The notes: a model not told the origin generated them from the letters alone. A stretch of DNA of 53,159 nt, filler included, from an uncultured virus (IMG/VR IMGVR_UViG_2049941000_000878) (6 parts of one record of this genome joined end to end with filler, not necessarily neighbours in it); one strand, 5' to 3'; positions 1 to 11,435 are shown, numbered from the whole stretch's first letter. Program-made: numbers and translations.

Positions 1-250
1 GAGGTGCAGAAAGCGCTCAACACCGTCCTCGCCGCACAGGCCGCGACGTCGCAGCCGGCGGAGGGGATGCTGCCGAATGTACTCTACACCCTCGGCGAGC
101 TGTCCGGCAGCGTCGCCTTCCATCTCGCGCCTGCGGGCGAAGGCGTCCTGCCGCACTGGTATTGGACCTTCGACACCGGTCAGGTAGTCCCGACACTCAC
201 ATGGCCGACGGAGATCCTGCGCTGGTGCAAGGGGAGCGCCCCGGAGCTGA
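1..250 (+). CDS. Fragment of a putative virion protein (continues the fragment at 8471-8616)
   Basis: EVQKALNTVL overlaps EVQKALDTVL at the end of 8471-8616; function unknown. Confidence 0.4.
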
Positions 251-261
251 ANNNNNNNNNN

Positions 262-516
262 CATAGCGAAGGCAGCGCTCGCGGCGACCAACGCAGCCGG
301 CGTCCTCGCGTCCGGCATCGCCACCACGGCGAAGATCCGCAGCACGCAGTTCGGCGGCGGGGGAGTCGGCACAGCCGCCATCGCAGCCGCAGCGCCGTCC
401 GTTGCGACCTCGCTGCCGCAGGTCCTCCAGGCGCAGACGGCCTCCGATGTGGACCGTCTCAACCGCGCGGCGGAACCGTCCCGCGTGTATATCCTCCAGA
501 GCGACATAGAAGCCGC
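262..516 (+). CDS. Tape measure protein, C-terminal fragment (variant copy)
   Basis: IAKAALAATNAAGVLASGIATTAKI...RVYILQSDIEA; matches minus-strand pieces at 34466-34775 and 36766-36883. Confidence 0.65.
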
Positions 517-526
517 NNNNNNNNNN

Positions 527-620
527 GGTCCTCGGCACCTTCGCCGCAGCTCCCGTCACACCCACTCCGGGCGTTACCGCCCTCGGCCAGATCGCCGAGA
601 ACACCACTCCCACCACCTAA
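527..620 (+). CDS. Major capsid protein C-terminus (variant copy)
   Basis: Near-identical to 4171-4267; TAA at 618-620. Confidence 0.8.
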
Positions 621-694
621 CAGCGGAGACACGACCAGCGGCGGTCGCATGACCGTGGCCGCCGCATTTTAACCCTCAAAAAATCCGAAACAAT

Positions 695-787
695 ATGGCT
701 TGTAACCAGACTATATCCGGAATCGTCCAGGACTGCCTGACCAGCAAGGGCGGCGTGGCGGAGGTCTATCTTGCGAACTATGAGGAC
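695..787 (+). CDS. Major tail protein N-terminus (variant copy)
   Basis: MACNQTISGIVQDCLTSKGG, same as the 4403 gene. Confidence 0.8.
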
Positions 788-837
788 NNNNNNNNNNATT
801 CCGGGCGCTATTATGTGCGTAGTTTAACCCGAAGTGT

Positions 838-1092
838 ATGACAACTATTGACGGAATACCAGTCTACCGCGTGCTGGTGGACGACGAGAACGACGGGATG
901 GTCCGGGTGTCGCTGGTCGATGACCCTGCCGTGATGTCGGACTTCGTCGCCTTCGACGCGCAGAAGCGTTCCCAGACCTTCGCGGTCGAGGACGAGGACA
1001 AGCGCCTCGTCTTCGGTGTCGTGGCCCGTGCCGACTTCCCAATCTTCCGCAAGGACGACCGGCTCGGCGAGCATTACGTCACGTCGCCGTCN
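838..1092 (+). CDS. XkdF-like prohead protease, N-terminal fragment (variant)
   Basis: VSLVDDPAVMSDFVAF and KRLVFGVVARADFPIFR motifs. Confidence 0.8.
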
Positions 1093-1201
1093 NNNNNNNN
1101 NGCTTTGGCCGACATCCAGGAACATCGCCGACCCTGTGCTTTTCGTGTCTTTNNNNNNNNNNTACAAGGGCGCTATTATGCCATTGATTAACCGAAAAAG
1201 C

Positions 1202-2193
1202 ATGGTCAGTTCAATAGCAACGATAGACGGCGTTCCCGTGTACCGCGTCCTTGTGGACGACGAGCGTGACGGCATGATCCGGGTGTCCCTGGTGGACGAT
1301 CCCGCGGTCATGTCGGACTTCGTTGCCTTCGACGCGCAGAAACGCGCCCGGATGTTCGCCGTGGAGAGCGAGGAGAAACGCCTCGTCTTCGGCGTCGTGG
1401 CCCGCGCGGACTTCCCCATCTTCCGCACCGATCCCGTGCTGGGCGACCACTACGTCATCTTCCCCGCCGAGAGCATCCGCGAAATGGCGCAGAAATACCT
1501 CACCGAGGGCCGCGCCGACCGCGTGGACGAGATGCACGACGGCGACGACGTCGAAGATGTCCACCTCGTCCAGTGGTTCATCAAGGACAGCGCGAAGGGC
1601 ATCAATCCGGAAGGCTTCGACGACATCGCGGACGGGTCCCTTTTCGCGGAGTACCACGTCGAGGACGACGAGATCTGGCAGCAGATAAAGGACGGCACTT
1701 TCAAGGGCTTCTCGATGGAGGTATTCTACACCCTCCAGCCGGAGGAAAACGCGGGCTACGTCCGCGAGGCGGTCGAGGATGCCGACGGTATGTTCGAGCG
1801 CATCATGGCAGCACTTACAAATCCTGCAAATATGGTTATCAAGAAACGAAACAATCTTCTGCGGAAGCTGGGACGTTACCTGTCCAGCTTCGCAACCGTC
1901 ACCACCGACAAGGGCGTTCTCGCCTGGGACGGTGACGAGGACCTGAAGGCGGGCGACCGCGTCTACATCGAGGACGCGGACGGTGAGCGCACCGAGGCCG
2001 CCGACGGAGACTACAAGACCGAGGACGGCAAGATCATCGTCGTAGCCGACGGCGCCGTCGCCGAGATCCGCGACCCTGAAGCGGAGGTAGCACCCGCCGC
2101 CGCAGACGAGTTCGGCAGCAAGACCACCGACAAGGGCGAGCTGTACTGGGAAGGCGAGGACGACCTGAAGGAAGGCGACCGCGTCTATGTGCG
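1202..2193 (+). CDS. XkdF-like prohead serine protease fused to a scaffold-like repeat region (truncated by gap)
   Basis: SLVDDPA, ADFPIFR, EMH and IWQQIKDGTFKGFSME motifs, followed by acidic DGDYKTEDG repeats. Confidence 0.85.
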
Positions 2194-2203
2194 NNNNNNN
2201 NNN

Positions 2204-3252
2204 CTCCCTTTTCGCGGAGTACCACGTCGAGGACGACGAGGTCTGGCAGCAGATAAAGGACGGCACCTTCAAGGGTTTCAGCATGGAGGTATTCTACACG
2301 CTGACGCCGGAGTCCGACACCGCCGCCGTGGCGGAGACCGTCGCGGACCTGGACGGTATGTTCGAGCGCATCATCGCAGCACTCACTTCAAAGAACAATA
2401 TGAACAAGAAGAATCTACTGCGCAAGCTCCGCCAGATGGTGGCGGAGTTCGCAACCGTCACCACCGACAAGGGCGTTCTCGCCTGGGACGGTGACGAGGA
2501 CCTGAAGGCGGGCGACCGCGTCTACATCGAGGACGCGGACGGCAACCGTGAAAACGCCCCCGACGGAGACTATACAACGGAAGACGGCAAGGTCATCGTC
2601 GTGGCCGACGGTGCAGTCTCGGAGATACGCGACTCCGAAGCGGAGGTCGGTTCCGAGGGCGAGTTCGGCAACAAGTCCACCGACAAGGGCGAGCTTTACT
2701 GGGAAGGCGAGGACGACCTGAAGGAAGGCGACCGCGTCTATGTGCGTGACGAGGAAGGAAACCTCGCCGACGCTCCGGACGGCGACTACCGCACCGAGGA
2801 CGGAAAGGTCATCGCCGTCGCTGACGGTGTCGTGGCCGAAATCCGTGACGACGAGGCCGAGGTCGCACCAGAACCCTCACCCGCCGAGGAAGAACTGCGC
2901 GCACAGGTCGCCGACCTCACCGCCCGCATGGCTGAACTCTCCGCGGAGAACGAGCAGCTGAAGGCCCAGGTCGCGAAGCTCGGACGCATCCCCCTGAAGG
3001 AACACACCCGCAAGGGCGTAGCCGGCGAGAGTCACTACGTTCCGGGAGCAACCGGGAACAAGCGCCTCGACGCGCTCAACAAGTACCTCAAGAANNNNNN
3101 NNNNTGAGCAACTGAAGGCCCAGGTCGCGAAGCTGTCCCGCATTCCCCTCAAGGAACACCTCCGCAAGACCGTAGCCGGCGAGAGCCACTACGTCCCCGG
3201 AGCAACCGGGAACAAGCGCCTCGACGCGCTCAACAAGTACCTCAAGAAATAA
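2204..3252 (+). CDS. Protease C-terminus and scaffold region (variant; the end lies in overlapping fragment 3105-3252)
   Basis: KGFSME motif, two ~65-aa TDKG..W.G..DLK.GDRVY..DGDY.TEDGK repeats, coiled coil, TAA at 3250-3252 just before the capsid gene. Confidence 0.8.
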
Positions 3253-3274
3253 CCTTCAAAACAATTTTACAACT

Positions 3275-4267
3275 ATGCCTGCTGTAACAAATTTCAACGT
3301 CTCCGGCCTCACCGCCTACGTCGAGGAGAACCGGGACCTCATCATTGGCAGCTTCGGCCTCGCCAACCGTGACACCCGCAGCCGCATCTCCATCCAGACC
3401 GGCGTCAAGGGTTCCATGCGTCTCCACTACCTGGGGATCACTCCCGTCATCCAGGACGGCTCCTCCTGCGGCTTCAACGCCCAGGATGCCATCGCCCTCA
3501 CCGAGCGCACCATCTCCGTCGCCCTCCACAAGGTAGACGGCCAGATCTGCCCGGAGACCCTCATCGGCAAATATGCCGAGTATCTCGTCCGTGTCAACGC
3601 ACGCGACAACGACCTCCCCTATGAGCAGTACATCGTCGACACCCTCGTCGAGCAGGTGAACAAGGCCATCGAGACCGAGATCTGGCTGGGCAAGACCGTC
3701 GCACACAGCGGCAGCGCCCTCATCGACGGCTTCATCTACCAGTTCGACAACGACGCCTCCGTCGTGGACGTCAGCATCACCAGCGGCTCCAGCGCCTACG
3801 CCGGCATCTCCGCCGTCTACGCCGCCATGACCGAGGAGACCCTGGAGAAGGGTGGCGTCATCTTCGTGTCGCCCGCCATCTTCCGTTCCTTCATGATGGA
3901 GATGGTCGCCCTCAACCTGTTCCACTACTCCGGCGCCGTCAACGACAACCCGGACGAGTTCATCCTTCCCGGCAGCGACGTCCGCGTCATCAAGACCCCC
4001 GGCCTCGCCACCAGCCTCAAGATCGTCGGAACCTTCGCCGACAACCTCGTCTACGGAACCGACATGGAGAACGACGAGGAGAAGTTCGACCTGTGGTGGA
4101 GCCAGGACGACCGCCTCTGGAAGTACCAGATCAAGTGGGCGGGCGGCGTCGCCTACCACTTCCCCGCACAGGTCGTCCTCGGCACCTTCGCCGCTGCCCC
4201 TGTCACCCCGACTCCGGGCGTGACCGCCCTCGGCCAGATCGCCGAGAACACCACCCCCACTTCCTAA
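3275..4267 (+). CDS. Major capsid protein
   Basis: 330 aa, directly after protease/scaffold, strongly biased codon usage, SSCGF and NLVYGTD..D..KFDLWWSQDDR motifs of Bacteroidota siphovirus capsids. Confidence 0.85.
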   Translation: MPAVTNFNVSGLTAYVEENRDLIIGSFGLANRDTRSRISIQTGVKGSMRLHYLGITPVIQDGSSCGFNAQDAIALTERTISVALHKVDGQICPETLIGKYAEYLVRVNARDNDLPYEQYIVDTLVEQVNKAIETEIWLGKTVAHSGSALIDGFIYQFDNDASVVDVSITSGSSAYAGISAVYAAMTEETLEKGGVIFVSPAIFRSFMMEMVALNLFHYSGAVNDNPDEFILPGSDVRVIKTPGLATSLKIVGTFADNLVYGTDMENDEEKFDLWWSQDDRLWKYQIKWAGGVAYHFPAQVVLGTFAAAPVTPTPGVTALGQIAENTTPTS

Positions 4268-4402
4268 TCCGGCCATCTTCTTAATAGATGCGGAAGGGAA
4301 GCAAGTTTTCGACCGTGACGGCTACGCGATAGCCGTGGCCGCCGCGGCGGAACTTGCAAGCCGGAGTTCCCACAAACTACCATCGTAAAAAATCGTACAT
4401 CT

Positions 4403-4930
4403 ATGGCTTGTAATCAGACTATATCCGGAATCGTCCAGGACTGCTTGACCAGCAAGGGCGGCGTGGCGGAGGTCTATCTTGCGAACTATGAGGACGTCAC
4501 CGACGTGACCGTGTCCAGCGACAAGGTCAACGGCATCACAATGGCGTCCGGCAAGAAGTTCAAGAGGTTCTACTTCCGTCCCGGCACCTCGTCGATGACT
4601 TCTACCCTGAACATCGACAACGCCGCCGGCGTGAACTTCGTGCAGACCTTGCTGACGATGCTGTTCTCGCGCATGGAGACCACCAAGCGCGTGGAGATGT
4701 CGGCCCTGGCCGTGAACGACCTCCGTGCCATTGTCAAGGACGCCAACGGCGTCTACTGGCTGCTCGGCGAGGAGGAACCGGTCATCGCCAACGCGGGAGA
4801 CGGCCAGACCGGAACCGCAAAGACCGACGCCAACCGCTACTCCATCACCCTGGAGGACAACAACGGCACCTTCCCGAAGGAGATCCTCATCGGCAGCGGC
4901 GGCGTGGACCTCGACGCCATCGTCGAATAA
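4403..4930 (+). CDS. Major tail (tube) protein
   Basis: 175 aa; DC..SKGG, AIVKDANG.YW.LG and GQTGTAKTDAN.YSITL motifs. Confidence 0.75.
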   Translation: MACNQTISGIVQDCLTSKGGVAEVYLANYEDVTDVTVSSDKVNGITMASGKKFKRFYFRPGTSSMTSTLNIDNAAGVNFVQTLLTMLFSRMETTKRVEMSALAVNDLRAIVKDANGVYWLLGEEEPVIANAGDGQTGTAKTDANRYSITLEDNNGTFPKEILIGSGGVDLDAIVE

Positions 4931-4951
4931 GTACGCACACACCAACCGCAT

Positions 4952-4980
4952 AACCGGGGGCCGATACGCCTCCGGTTTTT
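4952..4980 (+). terminator. Intrinsic terminator after the tail tube gene
   Basis: AACCGGGGGC-cgatac-GCCTCCGGTT followed by a T run. Confidence 0.75.
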
Positions 4981-5020
4981 GTGTTTCTAAACTGCGCCCT
5001 TCCGCTATTATGCTTTCGAG

Positions 5021-5201
5021 ATGATATACCTGAAAAACATATCCGACCCGCAGTTCGTCCGCATCCCTGTCAGCGGTCCGACCCCGGAGGGCGTCATCAC
5101 GCTGGAGATGGAGAACACCATCAACCGCGGCGGCGCGCGGTCCTTCACCTACGACCCCGCGATCTACTTCGTGGACGCGGACGGCAAGTACTTCCACGAC
5201 G
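5021..5201 (+). CDS. Structural-region protein N-terminus (variant at 27467-27647 minus; probable C-terminus at 8996-9162)
   Basis: MIYLKN start after a GCTATT motif; 8996-9162 (..GEYEY..) ends overlapping the portal start. Confidence 0.55.
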
Positions 5202-5211
5202 NNNNNNNNNN

Positions 5212-5908
5212 CTGGTGGAGCGACAAGTGGGAGAAGGGCGGACGTGACGCGAAGATGTACCCCGCTTTCATGCCGGACATCGAATGGGAGCGTCTCGGTG
5301 ACGAGGAGCGCGACCGCCACGCCTCCAGCATCCTCTATGTGAAGAACACCCGAAAGCAGGTGTACCCCATGCCGCTGTACGCGCAGGCCGTCAAGGCGTG
5401 CGAGACCGAGCGCTGCATCGACGAATACCACCTCAACAGCATCAACAACGAGTTCGCCGCCAGCGTGTTCATCCAGCTGTGTAACGGCGTCCCTCCGACT
5501 CCGGAACTGAAGGAGGAAGTGGAGCGCGACTTCCAGGAGAAATTCACCGGCAAGGAAAACGCCGGGCGCGTGGTGCTTTCCTTCAGTCCTGACCGGCAGC
5601 ACAGCGCCATCATACAGGAGCTGCACACCGAGGACTTCGGCGCGCGCTACGAGGCCCTGGCGAAGCGCAGCCGCCAGCAGATCTTCACGTCCTTCAGGGC
5701 GAATCCCAACCTGTTCGGCATCCCGACGGACAACCTCGGCTTCAGCAGTGAGGAATACGCCGAGGCGTTCGAGCTGTTCAACCGCACGCAGATCCAGCCG
5801 GTGCAGGGGCGCATCGCGGACGCCTTCGACCGCATCTGCGGCGTCCAGGGCGTCCTGACCATCCAGCCGTTCAACATTGCGGGAGACCGCGCGCAAACCG
5901 TGGAATGA
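5212..5908 (+). CDS. Portal protein, C-terminal part (duplicate tail at 5939-6122)
   Basis: YPMPLY, HLNSINNEF, KFTGKENAG, QIFTSFR..P.LFGI and FNRTQIQP.Q motifs. Confidence 0.8.
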
Positions 5909-6123
5909 TATGGCGACAATGTACCTTCNNNNNNNNNNTACCGACAACCTCGGCTTCAGCAGTGAGGAATACGCCGAGGCGTTCGACCTTTTCAACCGCA
6001 CCCAAATCCAGCCGGTGCAGGCGCGCATCGCGGACGCTTTCGACCGCATCTGCGGCGTCCAGGGCGTCCTTTCCATCCAGCCGTTCAACATCGCGGGAGA
6101 CCGCGCGCAAACCGTGGAATGAT

Positions 6124-6763
6124 ATGGCGACAATGTACCTTCTGACATCGGAGGACCGAATCAAGTCCATCACGAACATCTCCGACAACCTGTCCGGGAA
6201 ATATCTCCAGTCCGCTATACGCGAGGCGCAGGAGTTCGACCTGAAAGGCATCATCGGACCGCGCCTGCTCCGCACCCTCAAAGGCATGGGGCAGACCGGC
6301 GAATGGCAACCCGACTATCAGGACCTCGTCGACGAGGCGCANNNNNNNNNNGGGCATAATCGGACCGCGCCTGCTCCGCACCCTCAAGGGCATGGGTCAG
6401 ACCGGCGAATGGCAACCCGACTATCAGGACCTCGTCGACGAGGCGCAGGACTTCCTCGCATACACCGCCATCGCAAAGCTCCCCATGATGGTCAGCTACA
6501 AGGTTACGAATTTCGGCCTCGCAAAGAGCGCCGACGAGAATCTCCAGGTCGCCACTATGGACGAGATCGTGGCGAATATAGGCTACTACCAGGCGAAGGC
6601 GGACAGCGCCTGCTTCCAGTTCCAGAACTGGCTCCTGGCACACCGCGCCCTGTTCCCGGAGCTTGACGACTGCGCCTGCTCGCGCATCAAGGCGAACCTC
6701 ACCGAGGCCGCGACCTGCGGCATCTGGCTGGGAGGCGTCAGAGGAAAGGAGGTAAGGAGATGA
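6124..6763 (+). CDS. Head-tail adaptor-like protein (two overlapping fragments; variants at 7792-7954 and 8374-8460)
   Basis: Follows the portal; IREAQ..LK.IIG.RL and FPEL motifs. Confidence 0.6.
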
Positions 6764-7950
6764 CACTGCTGGAGGTCATACGATCNNNNNNNNNNNNNNN
6801 NNNNNNNNNNNNNNNNNNNNNNNNNNNNNNNNNNNNNNNNNNNNNNNNNNNNNNNNNNNNNNNNNNNNNNNNNNNNNNNNNNNNNNNNNNNNNNNNNNNN
6901 NNNNNNNNNNNNNNNNNNNNNNNNNNNNNNNNNNNNNNNNNNNNNNNNNNNNNNNNNNNNNNNNNNNNNNNNNNNNNNNNNNNNNNNNNNNNNNNNNNNN
7001 NNNNNNNNNNNNNNNNNNNNNNNNNNNNNNNNNNNNNNNNNNNNNNNNNNNNNNNNNNNNNNNNNNNNNNNNNNNNNNNNNNNNNNNNNNNNNNNNNNNN
7101 NNNNNNNNNNNNNNNNNNNNNNNNNNNNNNNNNNNNNNNNNNNNNNNNNNNNNNNNNNNNNNNNNNNNNNNNNNNNNNNNNNNNNNNNNNNNNNNNNNNN
7201 NNNNNNNNNNNNNNNNNNNNNNNNNNNNNNNNNNNNNNNNNNNNNNNNNNNNNNNNNNNNNNNNNNNNNNNNNNNNNNNNNNNNNNNNNNNNNNNNNNNC
7301 CCGCCGAGAGCATCCGCGAAATGGCGCAGAAGTACCTCACCGAGGGCCGCGCCGACAACGTGGACGAGATGCACGACGGCGACGACGTCGAAGATGTCCA
7401 CCTCGTCCNNNNNNNNNNCGTGTTCCGACTGAACAGCTATGCGGACGCCCGTTACGGCGTGTTCGCGTGGACGCAGGGGCGGCACCGTTCCGACGCTACG
7501 GCCCCGGACTGGGTCCGCTATTCCTTCACGCTGTTCTATGTCGACCGCCTGCGGAACGACATCGCCAACCAGGTCGAGGTTCAGTCCGTCGGCATGGACG
7601 TCTTGCAGAACGTCCTGCGCATCCTGCGGGACGCCGGGATCGAGCCGGAGTCCTACGAGTTCCAGACGTTCAACCAGCGCTTCACGGACGAGTGTGCCGG
7701 TGTGTATTGCTCGGCTGTGCTGCTTGTCGAAGCCGGGACCGACTGCGCCGAGGATGAGAACGGCAGGCCTTTCGTTATGGANNNNNNNNNNCGACAGCGC
7801 CTGCTATCAGTTCCAGACGTGGTTGCTGGCGCACCGCGACCTATTCCCGGAGCTTGACGCCTGCGCCTGCTCACGCATCAAGGCGAACCTCACCGAGGCC
7901 GCGACCTGCGGCATCTGGCTGGGCGGCTGCCGTGGAAAGGAGGTAAGGAG

Positions 7951-8363
7951 ATGACACTGCTGGAGGTCATACGGTCCATTGAGATAGCCGCACGGCGACA
8001 GCCGGCGGTCCGGATGGTCGTGCAGAACGACATCTTCCGGCTCAACACCATCGCGGACGCCCGCTACGGCGTGTTCGCGTGGACCCAGGGACGGCACCGC
8101 GCCACGGTGACGGATGACTATATCCGCTATTCCTTCGTCCTGTACTACGTCGATAGGCTCCGCAACGATCAGGCGAACCAGATCGAGGTGCAGAGCGTCG
8201 GCATCTCCACGCTGACGAACATCCTGCGCACGCTGGAAGGCTGGGGACTCACGCCGGAAACGTATGAGTTCCAAACCTTCAACCAGCGTTTCACGGACGA
8301 GTGCGCCGGCGTGTACTGCTCGGTCGTCCTCATCGCTCCGGAGGACTACATCTGCCCGGAGAA
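7951..8363 (+). CDS. Tail terminator/completion-like protein (variants at 7419-7781 + and 21498-21947 -)
   Basis: Follows the adaptor with ATGA overlap; YVDRL and FNQRF.DECAGVY motifs; functional call is positional. Confidence 0.55.
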
Positions 8364-8627
8364 NNNNNNNNNNGACGAATTTCGGCCTCGCCAAAAGCGC
8401 CGACGAGAACCTCCAGGTCGCCACTATGGACGAGATCGTGGCGAATATAGGCTACTACCANNNNNNNNNNACTACGACGAGGAAGGAGACGTCATAGCCG
8501 CCTCGGATGCGTCCCTGCGGACGTGGGACGACATGGCCCTCGCCGGTCGTGACGGTTCCGCGTATGTGCTGGAGCAGACCGCCTCGGAGGTGCAGAAAGC
8601 ACTCGACACCGTACTCNNNNNNNNNNC

Positions 8628-8790
8628 AATGAGGAAGATTTACCTCGTCCCCTCGGCTGACCCGCAGACGCAGAACGTGAAGGACGAATACATCACCATT
8701 GACAACGGCGCGGGTGCAGAAACCAGGTACACCTGGGAGCAGATCGGCAGCACGGCCATCGACCTTTCCGGCTACGTCACGACGACCCAG
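8628..8790 (+). CDS. Tail fibre fragment (variant N-terminal region)
   Basis: KIYLVP..KDEYITI..TWEQIGSTAIDLSGY, typical of Bacteroidales phage fibre N-termini. Confidence 0.55.
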
Positions 8791-9136
8791 NNNNNNNNNN
8801 NNNNNNNNNNNNNNNNNNNNNNNNNNNNNNNNNNNNNNNNNNNNNNNNNNNNNNNNNNNNNNNNNNNNNACACGAACAACGGCGCGGCCATCTCCGGCGA
8901 CCCCGGATCTGCCTCGGAGTTCGCGTTCTCCATCACCTTCACGAACATCCCGGAGAATACCAGCATATCGAGCCTGGTGTCGCAGNNNNNNNNNNTGAAC
9001 GTGACGCTCCCGGAGGACGTCACGCCGGGCGAGTACGAGTACCGCGCCAGCGCAGGCGGCGAGACCATATCCTGCGGCCTCGCCATCGTGGGCAACCCCA
9101 CGGCGCGCGTAACATCCTATGACAATCATCAGCAAT

Positions 9137-9399
9137 ATGAGCAATACAAATCCAATCACTGACCCGGTGAAGATGTCCATGCCGGTCGTTTTCCGCGCGG
9201 TCGACAAATACGTCGAGAGCAACATCGTCCCAGCGACCGAGACCAAGGCGCGCGGCGACAGCGGACGCATCCTCTGGGGACCGGGCAACAACTATCCGGC
9301 CTACTTGCTGGGCCTCTACAAGGACGTGGCGACGCTCGGCTCCATCGTCAACGGATGCGTCGACTATGTGGCCGGAAATGACGTGCAGCTGGCGAGCGA
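9137..9399 (+). CDS. Portal protein N-terminus
   Basis: WG..NNYPAYL..LY....TL.SIVNG..DYVAG motif. Confidence 0.75.
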
Positions 9400-9409
9400 N
9401 NNNNNNNNN

Positions 9410-11096
9410 CGCCTACTCCTGGGTGGGGCCGCTCGGCACTACGCAGATCTCGCTGGCGAACTACGCCACGAAGGCCGAACTCAGTCAGTTAGACCAAGAA
9501 GTTGGTTACTTGTCGGGGCATCTTGACTATGAATCATCAAGTGCTTCTGGTTGGAAAAATTATGGAAAGACACATATTAAAGCCGGCGATAAAATAACAG
9601 CCACTATTTCATTTAGCGCGTTTACCGGGGACAAGAAATACTTCGCTTTTGGTAGTTCGGCAACAAATGATTCGCTTACCTATGTCGCTTTAAACGCCGG
9701 AGAGACAACGGCCCAAATTACATACACGGCATCGGCTGATACTGATGTATACATCAACACATATGGCAACCTTTCCAATATTATTATATCCGTCAATATT
9801 TGGGGGAAGACTATCGAGGGACTTAATTCGAGTCTCAATGCGATTTCCACGAAGTTAAATGAGCTATATGGTGATTTATGGGGTGCATCTGGGCAGTCTG
9901 TTTCCCTCGGCACACATAGGAATGGCGTCATAAATCTCTCGGTTACTACAGGGTGGGAAAATCGTTCACTTGTTGGCCATTATATGATTCCCGTCATTGG
10001 CGGGTGTGGCTATAAAGTGATAACAAATGCATCTGGATACAAGTATGTGTTCTTAAAGGAAGAGCCGACCTATTCAAACGGAGGGATTCGCCCGGAAACA
10101 TATCCCGTCCTCGCAAGTGAACAATATGATGTTGTCTCTCTTGCGGTGGGTGCAACGGGAATCAACGCGCCTTACGACGCGAAATATTTATATTTGCAAG
10201 TAACGGAAGGGCTGTCTGACCCAGCCTTGTCTTTTGACAAGCCGATAGTCGCGCAGGTTTACGGATTGATTCCGAAGGGGGGTATACAATATTCTGGCGA
10301 GCAAATAAAACTAAAGCGTAATGCTTTTACAAATACAATGTATGGCGTTATTCTTAATGCATCACATCAAGGCGGCGCAGTATATGGAGATACGTTGTTT
10401 CTCTGTAAGTCCGATGGGACCGGTATTGTTTATGACCTCGCCGATAAAACGCTTCTCGGCACATTCAACCTCGGCGTAGCATTACACTGCAACGCTGTTT
10501 TCTTCGGAGAAAAATACTCATCCGGCGACGATTTCCCCGTACTCTATGTAAACTCCTATCTTGACAACGTTCAAAAAGGGACGATTTACGGATTCCGTAT
10601 TACGGAAAGTGGTGGCGTTTATACTTGCACACTTGTGCAGACTATCAATGTTGGGTTTGTTACAAGTAGCATCTGGACAGATGGAGCCGGCGATACGAGG
10701 ACTTATGGGAATTTTGTCCTTGATAAAGATTTGGGGGTGCTTTATGCTTACACATTGCTCGATACTACTAATGTGACGCGCTTTTTTGCTTTCCCTATGC
10801 CAGAACCGACAGCCGGAAATGTAACATTCGCTGAATCCGATATTTTATCACGATTCGATGTACCGTACCTTTCGATAATACAAGATTCGTGTTTTGCTGG
10901 TGGGCGCATTTTTATTGAGTCCGGAGACGGGACTACTTTGGATGGGTTGATAAGTGTTGTCGACCCAGTTATGCAAGCCATCGTTTCTCAAATAAATTTG
11001 AACAAAATAGGAATTACTTTTGAGCCAGAGTGCATTGATGTTTATAAGGATTCCATTTTATATGGTTCTTCTACTTTCTACGAGGCAAGGTTTTAA
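9410..11096 (+). CDS. Tail fibre / receptor-binding protein: end of the conserved N-part plus a low-GC variable module with a C-terminal beta-propeller
   Basis: Open frame; abrupt GC drop after ELSQLDQEV; propeller-like blades HQGGAVYG, HCNAVFFG, IIQDSCF and EPECIDVY. Confidence 0.75.
9478..9491 (+). repeat. Left 14-bp inverted repeat of the tail-fibre module (AACTCAGTCAGTTA)
   Basis: 13/14 identical to the reverse complement of 11127-11140; sits at the GC transition. Confidence 0.7.
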
Positions 11097-11126
11097 CTTG
11101 CCGTATAAATTAGTCATTTTAACCAA

Positions 11127-11140
11127 TAACTGACCGAGTT
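11127..11140 (-). repeat. Right 14-bp inverted repeat of the tail-fibre module (TAACTGACCGAGTT)
   Basis: Reverse complement is AACTCGGTCAGTTA; GC-rich phage sequence resumes immediately after it. Confidence 0.7.
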
Positions 11141-11210
11141 ACCGTCCCGCCTCCGGAAGTCTGCCGGAAGGACGACCGGAGGCCCCGGACGGAACCAATA
11201 ACAAAACGAC

Positions 11211-11435
11211 ATGGACAAGAGAACATTCTGCAAGCGTGTGGCGATATGGGTGGCGGTGATAGCCGCGGCCCTCATCGCAGTCATCGGCCTGTGCTTCGGT
11301 CGCGTCATTGAAGGCTCACTCTTTGCCGAGGTGGCGAAGTGGGTGGTCATGGGCGTGGTGGTCATCGGCATACTGGAAGGCTTCGTGTATTTCCTCGCGC
11401 CGCTGTGGTGGCACTTCAAGCAAAAGGGCGAATGA
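11211..11435 (+). CDS. Small two-TM membrane protein (lysis region)
   Basis: Two hydrophobic helices; A-rich start context. Confidence 0.65.
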   Translation: MDKRTFCKRVAIWVAVIAAALIAVIGLCFGRVIEGSLFAEVAKWVVMGVVVIGILEGFVYFLAPLWWHFKQKGE

